The notes beneath the pieces were generated by a model. That model saw only the letters and a list, made by a program, of their open reading frames with translations, was not told the origin of the DNA and searched no databases. A stretch of 64,000 bases of DNA, taken from contig CABULC010000006.1 of assembly GCA_902492325.1 (NCBI GenBank), forward strand, positions 742-64,741, in the 5' to 3' direction. The position numbers and the translations under genes are program-made. Origin of the DNA: an uncultured Clostridium sp. Its GTDB lineage: Bacteria > Bacillota_I > Bacilli_A > RF39 > UBA660. Shown piece by piece: positions 48,006 to 58,333 of the stretch; the first letter of the stretch is position 1; the number at the start of each line of letters is the position of its first letter.

Positions 48006-49664
48006 TTTACTTTTAATTTCTAAAGTTCTTTCAAGTTTATCATTTTTATTAATTCTATCTGTATGTTCAGCAAACATTGCTCCTACTTCTTCTTCTAAAG
48101 TTCTTAATAAGTCTTCTCTACTACCACCATTACAATAATTAACAGTTGCTTCTCTTAAATAGTAATAACTAAAGTTTGTTTTATATTCATGAACATATAC
48201 TAACTCATATCCATTATATTGACATAAGATTGTTTCATAACTATTTTTTCTTCTAGTAGTAGCATTTACTACATTACCATATCTAACAAATAAACTAAGT
48301 GGTACTAAACTAACATCTTGAGAAATTTCTTCCTTAGTATTTATATTCAAACGCATACCAAAGTCAGATAAGCTTAAATATTGGTCTAATCGTGGATTAC
48401 CAAGTACAAAAGGATCAGTCTTTCTACTATTATCTTTATTAAATGATAAGAAAACATTATATTCTTCACGAGTAAACATAGCTAATAATAATTCATCTTT
48501 TCTAGTATCACTTAATGATAAATTTTGTAATATTGATATTTGAGGAACATCATATTTACCTTTTTCAGCTTCATCTAATACTTTTTGAGCAAAATCTAAG
48601 ATATCTAATATATATTCTATTTTATCTTTATCTTTATTAGGATCTAATCTTATTAAACTAATTTTAGATTTTAGTGTTAATGCTCTACGCATATTATTAA
48701 TATATCTTCTTTTTGTGTTATAAGTATCAATTATATCTTGAATTCTTTTAGTTGTACTAGTAAATGTACCATATATAATACTATTGTCTAATTCTCTTGA
48801 TAATTCATCTCTAGAATACTTATTATTTTCAAATGTTTCTGGTAATTTACTTAATTGTCTTTTAATTCTTAAATAATCTTTCTTACGAGATTCAAAATAA
48901 TCAGCAATTCTAATCACTTTAGTATTTATTTCATCAAATACTCTTTGTTCTTCACTTTTAGTAATTCTTGAATTCCAAAATAATTTATAATAGTCATTAA
49001 TATAAGCATTAAATGCCTTAGTATTTTTAATTGTATCATCTATTAAAGAAGCATCATAAATATCTTCAATTTTTTCTATTAATTCCCTTTTTCTTTTCTT
49101 AGACATTTCTTCTAAACTATTTAAAAATGAATCAACATCAACTTGATAATCTATATCAGCTTTAAAAGAATTTGGAATTCCCCTATCGATACGATATCTA
49201 GTTTCGTAATTATGATATATTAAAGCAACACCCTTAGCAAAATCATTAAATGCTCTTAATAATTCATTTTCATTTTGAGCATTATTAATATTAACTCTAT
49301 TATATAAATTAATTAACTCTTGTTTTAATTTACTATCCTTAGCATTCTCAAATACACTACGAGCTCTTTGATCAACTTTAGAACGTTTTGAATAGAAAAA
49401 CATTGTTTGACAATCATCAAATGGATCTTTTTTACTACTAACGCAATCATTAACTTTAGATATATTAACCTTTAAATAATCATAAGCGTTATTAATATCT
49501 ATTGTTTTTTGATGATAATGTTGTAATTCAATATCACTACATCCAGGATGTTTATCTGGATGGAACTCCTTAATTAATTGTCTATATCTTTTAGTAATTG
49601 CTTCTAATGTTAATATTGTATTCAAATCAAATCCTAATATTTGTCTAGCATTTGTTATTGACAT
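48003..49664 (-). CDS. J-domain protein (class III; no G/F or zinc-finger region)
   Basis: N-terminal J domain ARQILGF...ITKRYRQLIKEFHPDKHPG with the HPD tripeptide. The remaining ~490 aa are unrecognised. ATG 49664 has GGGGG upstream. Confidence 0.65.
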   Translation of the reverse strand: MSITNARQILGFDLNTILTLEAITKRYRQLIKEFHPDKHPGCSDIELQHYHQKTIDINNAYDYLKVNISKVNDCVSSKKDPFDDCQTMFFYSKRSKVDQRARSVFENAKDSKLKQELINLYNRVNINNAQNENELLRAFNDFAKGVALIYHNYETRYRIDRGIPNSFKADIDYQVDVDSFLNSLEEMSKKRKRELIEKIEDIYDASLIDDTIKNTKAFNAYINDYYKLFWNSRITKSEEQRVFDEINTKVIRIADYFESRKKDYLRIKRQLSKLPETFENNKYSRDELSRELDNSIIYGTFTSTTKRIQDIIDTYNTKRRYINNMRRALTLKSKISLIRLDPNKDKDKIEYILDILDFAQKVLDEAEKGKYDVPQISILQNLSLSDTRKDELLLAMFTREEYNVFLSFNKDNSRKTDPFVLGNPRLDQYLSLSDFGMRLNINTKEEISQDVSLVPLSLFVRYGNVVNATTRRKNSYETILCQYNGYELVYVHEYKTNFSYYYLREATVNYCNGGSREDLLRTLEEEVGAMFAEHTDRINKNDKLERTLEIKSK

Positions 49665-49743
49665 AATCTTAACCCCCTTATTCAAAAGCTATTACATTAT
49701 ATCATAAATGATACAAGAAGTCAACTTTTAATTAAAAAAGTCA

Positions 49744-50802
49744 TTATTCACGACTCTTTTTCATTGTTAATTTCATAGGATTTTCATCTACAAAAGATAT
49801 ATTAGCATTTTCAATATAAGCCCCCGGCATCAATGAACTAATAAGTAAACTTTTTACTTCTTGTAAGCTTTTTCCTCTTATTTTAGTAGCTGCAGAATAT
49901 TCATTTCCACCACCACCAAATAATCTCATAATTTTAGATACATCAATTAGTCCTTTACTTCTAGCACTGACACTAATAGTAATATCATCTATATATGCCA
50001 TTGCAAAACTACAATTAATATTATATTTAAGTAAATAGTCAGCTGCTTTAGCAATATCTTCAGGCTCATATATTCTACCACTATCTTCTGAATCAGATGC
50101 TATCGCAAAGATATAATTTTGAAAATCAGTATTATCTACTAACCTTTGAATAGCTCTATCATGTTCAAAATCTTCCAAAAACATATTATTTGCTATAGTA
50201 GGATCCGCACCACTCGCTGTAAGCTTAGATGCTATTTCAAATGTTCTAGCACTAGTATTTTTGCTTAATTTATTAGTATCAAGTATAATACCAGCAAGTA
50301 AATAATTAGCATAATCAGGAGATAATTTAACTCCATATAGAAATAATAATCTTGATACTTCTTCACAAACACTTGAAATACTTTCATCCACATACAAATA
50401 TGGTGTTTTGATAGTATGCTCATCAGTTTTATGATGATCTATAACAACGATATTTTTAAATTCATTTAAATATTTCTTTGTACAAAGAAGATAATCTTTA
50501 TTAGCATCAACAGCAATCATTAAACTCCTAGGAGTCAAATAAACTGGTAAATCATTACTTCTTATAAAATTAAAGTTACCCTTAATACTTTCTAAAACCT
50601 TTCTAGTTTCAGGCTCTAATTTATCATAATCATCATCTATTACTATAAAACAATTCTTATTATTTTTTTTACATATTAAAGCAATTCCTAAAGCAGAACC
50701 AACTGCATCAAAGTCTGGTCTAATATGTGGGACAACAAAAACATTATCATTTTCATCAAGCAGCCTATCCAAACTAGCTTTAATACGAACACTATTATCC
50801 AT
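49744..50802 (-). CDS. DHH/DHHA1 family phosphoesterase (NrnA/GdpP-catalytic-domain-like)
   Basis: HIRPDFDAVGS, DANK, IDHHK (DHH) and GGGGNEYSAA (the GGGH-type DHHA1 motif with Asn in place of His). Confidence 0.75.
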   Translation of the reverse strand: MDNSVRIKASLDRLLDENDNVFVVPHIRPDFDAVGSALGIALICKKNNKNCFIVIDDDYDKLEPETRKVLESIKGNFNFIRSNDLPVYLTPRSLMIAVDANKDYLLCTKKYLNEFKNIVVIDHHKTDEHTIKTPYLYVDESISSVCEEVSRLLFLYGVKLSPDYANYLLAGIILDTNKLSKNTSARTFEIASKLTASGADPTIANNMFLEDFEHDRAIQRLVDNTDFQNYIFAIASDSEDSGRIYEPEDIAKAADYLLKYNINCSFAMAYIDDITISVSARSKGLIDVSKIMRLFGGGGNEYSAATKIRGKSLQEVKSLLISSLMPGAYIENANISFVDENPMKLTMKKSRE

Positions 50803-50865
50803 AGCATTATCTCCTTTGAAAGAATAATACTATTTATTATAGTAAAAAAGACTCCAAAAAGTCAA

Positions 50866-51408
50866 TTATGAGTCTTTATTATCTAAGTAATTTATATTAA
50901 CACTTTTATCTATTTCATCATTAACTGCATCTTCATCTATTATCAAGTCATAATCATCTTCACTATTACTTACAGGTATTCTTATTTTAGCATCTCCTAC
51001 TATTTCTATACCAAGTTCTTTAGATATCGTGTATTTAATAGTTTTATCTTCATTTGATACATCTATACATGTTGGATTCTTAAGGCTTCTAATGATTATT
51101 TCAGAGTTATCATTTAAGTCCCCATTCTCACGTACTTTAACTCTAACCCTCTCTTCATAAAACATTTTCTTACTTACAACATTTGTTTTTGTATTGTTAT
51201 CATAACTATACCAAATATTAATATCATAACTTCCATTTATTTTGATGTACTCATCATCCTTCTTACCATGAATCTTATGATTTATTACCCAACATCCAAG
51301 AACAGTATCTACATCAGTATCAGTAGTAAGCTCATAATCATTCTTAAAAGTTTTCTTTCCTTTACCAATAACAGTTTTAGTAACTATCTCTTTATAATTA
51401 TTAAACAT
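50866..51408 (-). CDS. cotE: outer spore coat morphogenetic protein CotE
   Basis: Collinear with my recollection of B. subtilis CotE: YKEIVTKTVIGKGKK, GCWVINHK, SYDINIWYSYDNNTKT and an acidic C-terminus. AGGAGG lies 7 nt upstream of ATG 51408. Confidence 0.8.
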   Translation of the reverse strand: MFNNYKEIVTKTVIGKGKKTFKNDYELTTDTDVDTVLGCWVINHKIHGKKDDEYIKINGSYDINIWYSYDNNTKTNVVSKKMFYEERVRVKVRENGDLNDNSEIIIRSLKNPTCIDVSNEDKTIKYTISKELGIEIVGDAKIRIPVSNSEDDYDLIIDEDAVNDEIDKSVNINYLDNKDS

Positions 51409-51453
51409 AGGCAATCCTCCTATAATAGAATATGCTTAATAATTAATTTTGAT

Positions 51454-51483
51454 AAAAAAATAAGAGATTTTAACAATCTCTTA
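51454..51483 (-). terminator. intrinsic terminator of the ABC exporter gene
   Basis: Minus strand: TAAGAGATT-GTTAA-AATCTCTTA followed by TTTTTTTATC. Confidence 0.7.
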
Positions 51484-53211
51484 TGAATTTAAAGACTCAT
51501 TTAAATATAGATTTTTATATAATTCACATGTTTTTAATAATTCTTTATGTTTACCAGTCGCAACTACTTTACCATGATCGACAACATGTATTATATCAGC
51601 ATCCATTATTGTTGAAAGTCTATGTGCTACTATTACAACTGTATGATTACTAACTAAATCATCAATAGTTTTCTTAATGTAGTTTTGACTATTATTATCT
51701 AAAGCACTTGTTGCTTCATCAAATAGTATTATCTTACTATTTCTTGATAATGTTCTTGCTATAGATAATCTTTGCTTTTGACCTCCAGATAAGTTAACGC
51801 CACCTTCTCCTAAAATAGTATCATACCCTTTAGGCAATGACATAATATAATCATCTAGATAAGCCATTTTACAATACTTACGAATCTCATCTAATGTAAG
51901 ATTCTCATCTACAATAAGAAAGTTCTCTTTTATACTTCTATTAAATATAAATGGTTCTTGTCTTATTATAGATATATTTTTTCTAAGAGTATCCTCTTTT
52001 AAATCTTTAATATTGACTCCATCAATAAGTATTTCACCATCACTTGCATCAAATATTCTAGTTAGTAAGTTGAATAATGTACTTTTACCTTGACCAGAAG
52101 CACCTACTATAGCCACTTTCTTATTTGGCTCAACCACTAAATTAAAATTATTTAATGTTTCATCCTCATCAGGATAAGCAAATGATACATTATCAAATTT
52201 AATAACCCCTCTAACATTTTCTAATTCTTTTAAACCGAACTTTTCATCTTCAAATAATCTATTATCTAAAATATCATTAACTCTTGAAACAGATACTTTA
52301 ACACTTTGATATGTTTGTATTAACTCATTAACATTTTCTATCATATTAGTAAATCTATATACATAATATGTCATAGCTACTAAGAATGTTAATGATACTT
52401 GTTTATAATATAAAAGTATAATACAAGTAGCGAGCACTCCACATTCTAATATAGATTTAAGTAAGCCTGTTACTATATCAAAATTCTTTTTAGTATCAAT
52501 TTCATTAGCTGACTTATTAAATAACTTCTTAATAATTTCAATAACATTATTAATTAAATTATTTTTAACTCCTAATGTTTTTATTTCTCTTATACCTCTA
52601 ATTGACTCATTAGTTAAAGATATAAACTTATCTTGCTCTTTCTTTCTATTTTTATGAATACTTTCTAATATTGGATTATATTTCTTAATTACAAAATATA
52701 ATATTAACATAATTACTATAATCTCTAAACCAATTATCCAAGAATTTATAAATATATATACTAGTAAAACCATTGATGTAACAAATACTGTTACCATATT
52801 TAATAATCTTAAAAATACAAAACTTAATGTATCAGCATCATTTGTTATACGATTTATTATTTCCCCCGAAGACATCTTTTCAAATGCTACTGCTGGTAAA
52901 TTAATTGCTTTTTTATATGCATAAAATTCTAATTTTCTTGTTAAAATACTTTCCAATTTAGATAACATTGATTTAGCTTTAAGATAAAGTATACCATCAG
53001 TAGTAATCTCCAATATAAAATATATTCCAATATATAAAAGAGCTGCTTTAAGATTTAACTCAGTTATAGATTCTACGCTTTTACCATTTAAGTATCCTGT
53101 AAATATCTCACAAAATCCACATATTACAACAATTATACTAGATAAGATAAGCTTACCCTTTTCTTCTTTCATCAATTTAATTAGAGGTTTAAATTCTTTT
53201 AAATCTTTCAT
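51481..53211 (-). CDS. ABC exporter, fused permease-ATPase half transporter (MsbA/type IV fold)
   Basis: Six-TM N-terminal half. The NBD has GASGQGKST, LSGGQKQR, ILFDEATSALD and VAHRL. Confidence 0.88.
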   Translation of the reverse strand: MKDLKEFKPLIKLMKEEKGKLILSSIIVVICGFCEIFTGYLNGKSVESITELNLKAALLYIGIYFILEITTDGILYLKAKSMLSKLESILTRKLEFYAYKKAINLPAVAFEKMSSGEIINRITNDADTLSFVFLRLLNMVTVFVTSMVLLVYIFINSWIIGLEIIVIMLILYFVIKKYNPILESIHKNRKKEQDKFISLTNESIRGIREIKTLGVKNNLINNVIEIIKKLFNKSANEIDTKKNFDIVTGLLKSILECGVLATCIILLYYKQVSLTFLVAMTYYVYRFTNMIENVNELIQTYQSVKVSVSRVNDILDNRLFEDEKFGLKELENVRGVIKFDNVSFAYPDEDETLNNFNLVVEPNKKVAIVGASGQGKSTLFNLLTRIFDASDGEILIDGVNIKDLKEDTLRKNISIIRQEPFIFNRSIKENFLIVDENLTLDEIRKYCKMAYLDDYIMSLPKGYDTILGEGGVNLSGGQKQRLSIARTLSRNSKIILFDEATSALDNNSQNYIKKTIDDLVSNHTVVIVAHRLSTIMDADIIHVVDHGKVVATGKHKELLKTCELYKNLYLNESLNS

Positions 53212-53222
53212 CCTTTACCTCC

Positions 53223-53248
53223 AAAAAACTACTCTGATAAGAGTAGTT
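53223..53248 (-). terminator. terminator-like hairpin between the small ORF and the ABC exporter
   Basis: Minus strand: AACTACTCT-TATC-AGAGTAGTT (9 bp) followed by TTTTTTGGAGG. The U-tract runs into the exporter SD. Confidence 0.5.
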
Positions 53249-53268
53249 AAATATTTAAATATTAAACG

Positions 53269-53361
53269 TTATAAAGTTTGTGGAAAACATTGAAGATTCC
53301 CACTTCCTTTATCAAAACTCTTATCATTAAAAACATATAAATTCAAATTTAAAATCTTCAT
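53269..53361 (-). CDS. candidate 30-aa small ORF (MKILNLNLYVFNDKSFDKGSGNLQCFPQTL)
   Basis: AGGAG 8 nt upstream of the ATG, and its own near-consensus promoter. Below the ORF-track length cut-off. No family recognised. Confidence 0.35.
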   Translation of the reverse strand: MKILNLNLYVFNDKSFDKGSGNLQCFPQTL

Positions 53362-53394
53362 TTCTTCCACTCCTTTCTCTTTAAATTCAACAAA

Positions 53395-53423
53395 AATATA
53401 CCATAAATATTCTTTTAAGTCAA
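53395..53423 (-). promoter_or_regulatory. candidate sigma-A promoter for the small ORF and ABC exporter
   Basis: Minus strand: TTGACT-17 nt-TATATT, immediately after the stop of ORF 53425..54111. Confidence 0.6.
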
Positions 53424-53424
53424 T

Positions 53425-54111
53425 CTAACTACAAAAATCATCGAAGTGTACTTTTAAATTTTCGTTATTTATATCTATATATGTACAATTATTTTTTTCA
53501 TTTATTGTATTCTTAATATGTTCTAAAGTACATTTTACTTCTTCATAGTCTTCACCATGACATTTAGTAAACTCATTTAAATATTTTTCATCAGTATATC
53601 CATTTTTATCAAGACTTTCTGTAGCAGTTATAATTTTATCATTCTTTATATCATAGAAATAATTATAATAAAAAGAAGTTAGCGTATTACTTAATGAATT
53701 TGTTTTAACAATAATTAAAATATAAACAATATCATTTTTAATAAGTGATTTATAACTAACGTTTAAATCAGTATTTTCATTTGTACTATATCCAAGAATA
53801 ACAACTGATTTATTCATAACTTCATCCAAAATTTCTTTATTTAAAGTTTCAACATTAACTTTTCCACCAATAATTTTAGGAAGAGTTATCTTAATCTTGT
53901 CAGTTGAACTCAAACCAAAATACTGAGGAGAAATACTTGTGGCATCAATTACACTAACCTCACTATTTATATTTGCCTCATTAGTGCTTTCACACTTTGG
54001 ACAACTAATATTTTTATTCTTATACCACATATAAATAAACACACCCGCAACGCATAATAGAACTAACAATAATATAATTAATATTAAATTAACATTTTTT
54101 CCTTTTTTCAT
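53425..54111 (-). CDS. membrane-anchored hypothetical protein
   Basis: N-terminal TM (LILIILLLVLLCVAGVFIYMW) and a Cys-containing extracellular domain. Good SD. Confidence 0.4.
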   Translation of the reverse strand: MKKGKNVNLILIILLLVLLCVAGVFIYMWYKNKNISCPKCESTNEANINSEVSVIDATSISPQYFGLSSTDKIKITLPKIIGGKVNVETLNKEILDEVMNKSVVILGYSTNENTDLNVSYKSLIKNDIVYILIIVKTNSLSNTLTSFYYNYFYDIKNDKIITATESLDKNGYTDEKYLNEFTKCHGEDYEEVKCTLEHIKNTINEKNNCTYIDINNENLKVHFDDFCS

Positions 54112-54206
54112 ACTACACCTCTATTTTATAATAACATATTTTTTTAATAATAAAACAGTTTTTAAAAAAATATTTATATGATAAAATTATGATAAGGAAG
54201 TGATAT

Positions 54207-55775
54207 ATGAAAAAAAGTTTAGTTGGAATATCTATATTAACAATAACATGTTTATATGGACTCCTAAGTGCTGTAATAATATTAGTAGCTCTTTTAACAG
54301 GCCAAGATATTGGAATAGCTATTTATATTAGTATTGCAATAATAATAATTCAATTTTTAATTGCACCTTGGTTAACAGACATAACAATGAGATTGTTCTA
54401 CAAAGCTAAATTTGGTGAACAAATACCAGATTACTTAAAAGAATTTATCGATAGTATTTGTAAAAAATACAATATGAAATATCCTAAGATTGGTATTATT
54501 CATGATGGAGCACCTAATGCATTTACTTATGGTAGATTTAAAAATGATGCTAGAATTGTACTAACTGACGGAATATTTAATTTATTAACTGAAGATGAAG
54601 TTAAAGCAGTAGTTGCTCATGAACTTGGTCATGTAGTTCACTATGATATGTTAATAATGACAGCAGTACAAATAGTACCTTTAGTATTCTACGCAATATA
54701 TGAAGCAGCAACTGATATAGATGCTGATGATAGTGATGATGCTAAAGCAAAAATTTTAATTTCAGCAATCGCATATATTCTTTATATAATAAGTCAATAC
54801 TTAATACTATGGTTATCAAGAACAAGAGAATATAAAGCAGATGCATTCTCAGTAGATGAAACCAAAAAACCATCATCTCTTGCTGAAGCACTAGTTAAAA
54901 TAGGATTTGGATTAAGTACTACACCAAAAAATACAAAACATAGTGTATCTAAAAATAACGCACTTGGAATATTTGATGTAAAAGAATCTAAATCAATGAC
55001 GGTATGTAGTCTTGAAAATGGAAAGGTTTCAAAAGACAAAATAAAAAATGCTATGAAATGGGAATTATGGAATCCATGGGCAAAATGGTATGAACTAAAT
55101 TCAACTCACCCATTAATCTCTAAAAGATTAGAAGCAATCTCATTATTAGCTCCAAATTACAATGAAGAACCATATATTAAATTTGATTTAGTAAAACCTG
55201 AATCATATGTAGATGACTTCATTATGGAATTAATGATACTTTGCTTACCAACTATAGCATTAATAATAACAATTATACTTGCTTGTTATCTTAAAGATAG
55301 CAGTAGACTTATAGTATTACTTGGAGGAATTACTACATTAACATTGTCATTTATTAAATTTAAATTAAGACACAAAAGTGGTTATACTAAAACAACAGTA
55401 AGTAACCTTTTAGGAGAAGTTAAAGTATCAGATGTAACAAGCATACCTTGTGAATTAAAAGGAACAATAATCGGACGTGGTAATCCTGGATGCATATTTA
55501 GTGAAGACTTCGTTATTAAAGATGAAACAGGTATTATATTCTTAGATTATAATCAACCTCTTTATATAATTAACAAAGTATTCGCGCTATTCAAACTACC
55601 ACAAAACTTTGATAAAGAAATCACAATAAAAGGATGGTATCGTAGAAGTCCAGTACCATATGTAGAAATATATGAAATGACAATAGATGGTAAAACTAAA
55701 AAGATATGGACTTATAGTTTACAAATAGCATTATACATAATACTATTAATCCTATTATTACTTTTAGTGATATAA
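54207..55775 (+). CDS. M48-family zinc metalloprotease (HtpX-like) with a long C-terminal extension
   Basis: PNAFTYG and HELGHVVHYD (HExxH), with a later E in REYKAD. There are extra TM helices and a ~150-aa C-terminal domain. Confidence 0.8.
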   Translation: MKKSLVGISILTITCLYGLLSAVIILVALLTGQDIGIAIYISIAIIIIQFLIAPWLTDITMRLFYKAKFGEQIPDYLKEFIDSICKKYNMKYPKIGIIHDGAPNAFTYGRFKNDARIVLTDGIFNLLTEDEVKAVVAHELGHVVHYDMLIMTAVQIVPLVFYAIYEAATDIDADDSDDAKAKILISAIAYILYIISQYLILWLSRTREYKADAFSVDETKKPSSLAEALVKIGFGLSTTPKNTKHSVSKNNALGIFDVKESKSMTVCSLENGKVSKDKIKNAMKWELWNPWAKWYELNSTHPLISKRLEAISLLAPNYNEEPYIKFDLVKPESYVDDFIMELMILCLPTIALIITIILACYLKDSSRLIVLLGGITTLTLSFIKFKLRHKSGYTKTTVSNLLGEVKVSDVTSIPCELKGTIIGRGNPGCIFSEDFVIKDETGIIFLDYNQPLYIINKVFALFKLPQNFDKEITIKGWYRRSPVPYVEIYEMTIDGKTKKIWTYSLQIALYIILLILLLLLVI

Positions 55776-55802
55776 AAAAAGATTTCAAAAGAAATCTTTT
55801 TT
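55774..55802. terminator. bidirectional intrinsic terminator
   Basis: aaaaaaagatttc-aaaa-gaaatctttttt lies between convergent genes. Confidence 0.75.
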
Positions 55803-56874
55803 ATTTTATATTTAGAATTACATATTCACTATGATGATCTGTTCTAATTGGAATTCCCCATCCAGCTATACCAGAAGTAACTACTTTATTAAAACTTCCA
55901 TCTTTTTCATATCCAAATACCATATCAGAGGTTTTAAATATCTCTTGAAATAATTTTGCTGGGAAGATTTGACCAGCATGAGTGTGACCACTAAGTACTA
56001 GGTCTACTCCACTATCTTTAACATTTTGATAATCCATTGGTATATGAGCAAGTACTATTTTATAGTCATCATTATTTACACTACTAACAAGTTCACTCAT
56101 ACTCTTCTTATAGCCATTACTTCTACCTATTATAGTAAGTTCATCATTAATTCTATAACTAGAATCTTCTAAAATATTAATACCGTTTCCAATTATATTA
56201 TTTCTAAGTGTTTCTTTACTATAGTTCTTTTCATTACTATAAATATTCTCATCATGATTACCATAACTATAGAATATACCATAATTAGTTTTAAATTTAC
56301 CAAGTATTTGAAAGCATTCTTTCATTCCATCTAATGTTGTACTTTCATCAACTATATCGCCTACTAAAAATACAAAATCAGGATTTAATTCATTTACTTC
56401 ATCTACTACTTTTTGTAATCCTTCACCCTTAACAGCAAGTCCATAATGTAAATCAGTTATTAATATACCTTTATATTTATGACTTAATTTATTATTAGAT
56501 GAAATATTATAACTATTACTTCTAATATCATATATATTATAAATTCCATAAACTACAAATACAAAACTAAATACAGCTGGTATTAATAAATAATACTTCA
56601 TAAACCATTTATATTTATTTAATAATTTATAAAATAACATTATTACTAAATATCCAAGCAATAAATAGAAAATAAATATTAATAATACTGAAACATATTT
56701 ATTCATCATACCAACTACTAAACTACCATAAAATATTATAATTGATATAACACATAATATATTCTTATTAATCTTAATCTTTAACTTCTCACATAACTTA
56801 TATAAATACTTATAAAATGCAAGTGTTAAAAACATAAAAAAGATAAAAAATAAAATACCTACTACATAAAACAT
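55801..56874 (-). CDS. membrane-bound metallophosphoesterase (YkuE-like)
   Basis: Polytopic N-terminus, then ITDLHYG, GDIVDE, GNHD and GHTHAGQ. ATG 56874 has GGTGA upstream. Confidence 0.8.
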   Translation of the reverse strand: MFYVVGILFFIFFMFLTLAFYKYLYKLCEKLKIKINKNILCVISIIIFYGSLVVGMMNKYVSVLLIFIFYLLLGYLVIMLFYKLLNKYKWFMKYYLLIPAVFSFVFVVYGIYNIYDIRSNSYNISSNNKLSHKYKGILITDLHYGLAVKGEGLQKVVDEVNELNPDFVFLVGDIVDESTTLDGMKECFQILGKFKTNYGIFYSYGNHDENIYSNEKNYSKETLRNNIIGNGINILEDSSYRINDELTIIGRSNGYKKSMSELVSSVNNDDYKIVLAHIPMDYQNVKDSGVDLVLSGHTHAGQIFPAKLFQEIFKTSDMVFGYEKDGSFNKVVTSGIAGWGIPIRTDHHSEYVILNIK

Positions 56875-56935
56875 ATACTTCACCATAACAATTATAACAT
56901 AGTATTTTTATTTTAATTAAGTAAATACTAATACT

Positions 56936-58333
56936 ATGAATATAGTAAGTAAACTACAATTCAAAAAAGAATATATGCCAGATCTTCAAATAAAAGAAGT
57001 TTCTTTTGGCATAAATAAAATTTATATAATAAATATACAAACAGTATCATCAAGTACATTAACTAATGAATTTATTCTTGAATATATATCAAAACGTAGT
57101 TTACTTAAAAATGAAATAATTTCTTCACTTAAAAAAGATATTCTAAATTATATTCCCTCTATTAGTTTTATAGATATTGATTCTAAAGATGTAATGGAAT
57201 ATTTATTTAATGGTTTTAGTATTATCATTTATCATGATGAATGTATCGCACTAGAAACAAGAGCTACTCTAGATAGAGGTGTTAATGAACCAACAAGTGA
57301 ACCTACTATTAAAGGACCAAAAGATGCTTTTAATGAAAACTATAATACTAATATAGGTTTAATAAGAAAAAGAATAAAAGATGAAAATCTTTATATAAAA
57401 GAATTAACACTTGGAACTAGAACTAAAACTAAAGTAAGTATCATGTATATGAATGATATTGTAGATAAAGAATTATTAAATGAAACAATAGAAAAAATAA
57501 GTAATATCAGTAGTGATAAAGTACTTGATACATACTATATAAAAAGTTTAATAAATAATGAAAATAAATCATCATTTCCATCTATTAAATCAACAGAAAA
57601 ACCAGATACTATAGCAAAAAGTCTTATGGAAGGAAAAATATGTATAGTATCAGAAAACTCATGTAATGCTCTTATAATACCAACATTCTTTATAGATTAT
57701 TTTCATAATGATGAAGATATTTATCAAAAAAGTTTATACGTAGAATTCGTAAAATTTATAAGAATAATTGCCCTATTCATCACCATTTTTGCTCCATCTA
57801 TTTATCTTGCAATTATTACATATGATCAACAAATATTGCCTACTAGTTTACTTATAAACTTCTCTCTTCAAAGGGCAAGTGTACCATTCCCAGCATTAAT
57901 CGAAGCATTCTCATTAATGTTTACGTTCGAATTGCTTTATGAGGGAGATGCATTAACTCCTTCATCAAGAGGTACGTCTCTTTCAATATTAGGAGCACTG
58001 GTTTTAGGAGATGCTGCAGTAAGTGCAGGTATTGTTTCACCTATTATGGTTATCCTAGTAGCAGTAACAGCAATCTCATCAATATTCTTTGTTTACTATG
58101 ACTTTCAATCATTCATAAGACTCTATAGATATAGTTTAATGATACTCTCTTCAATATTTGGAATAATCGGAGTACTATTTGGTTTCATATTCATAATAAC
58201 TAACTTATGTAATATAAAATCATTCGGAAAACCATTTATGTATCCAATAAGTCCTAAATTAAATATTAAAAATAGAAAAACATTAATTAAAAAAGGACTA
58301 CTACCACAAAATAGTAATAAAGGAGAATCATGA
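56936..58333 (+). CDS. spore germination protein, GerA (A subunit) family
   Basis: GerAA/GerKA-type core (LDRGVNEPTSEPTIKGPKDAFNE, GLIRKRI) and C-terminal TM helices. No clear SD at the annotated ATG, so the start is uncertain. Confidence 0.85.
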   Translation: MNIVSKLQFKKEYMPDLQIKEVSFGINKIYIINIQTVSSSTLTNEFILEYISKRSLLKNEIISSLKKDILNYIPSISFIDIDSKDVMEYLFNGFSIIIYHDECIALETRATLDRGVNEPTSEPTIKGPKDAFNENYNTNIGLIRKRIKDENLYIKELTLGTRTKTKVSIMYMNDIVDKELLNETIEKISNISSDKVLDTYYIKSLINNENKSSFPSIKSTEKPDTIAKSLMEGKICIVSENSCNALIIPTFFIDYFHNDEDIYQKSLYVEFVKFIRIIALFITIFAPSIYLAIITYDQQILPTSLLINFSLQRASVPFPALIEAFSLMFTFELLYEGDALTPSSRGTSLSILGALVLGDAAVSAGIVSPIMVILVAVTAISSIFFVYYDFQSFIRLYRYSLMILSSIFGIIGVLFGFIFIITNLCNIKSFGKPFMYPISPKLNIKNRKTLIKKGLLPQNSNKGES

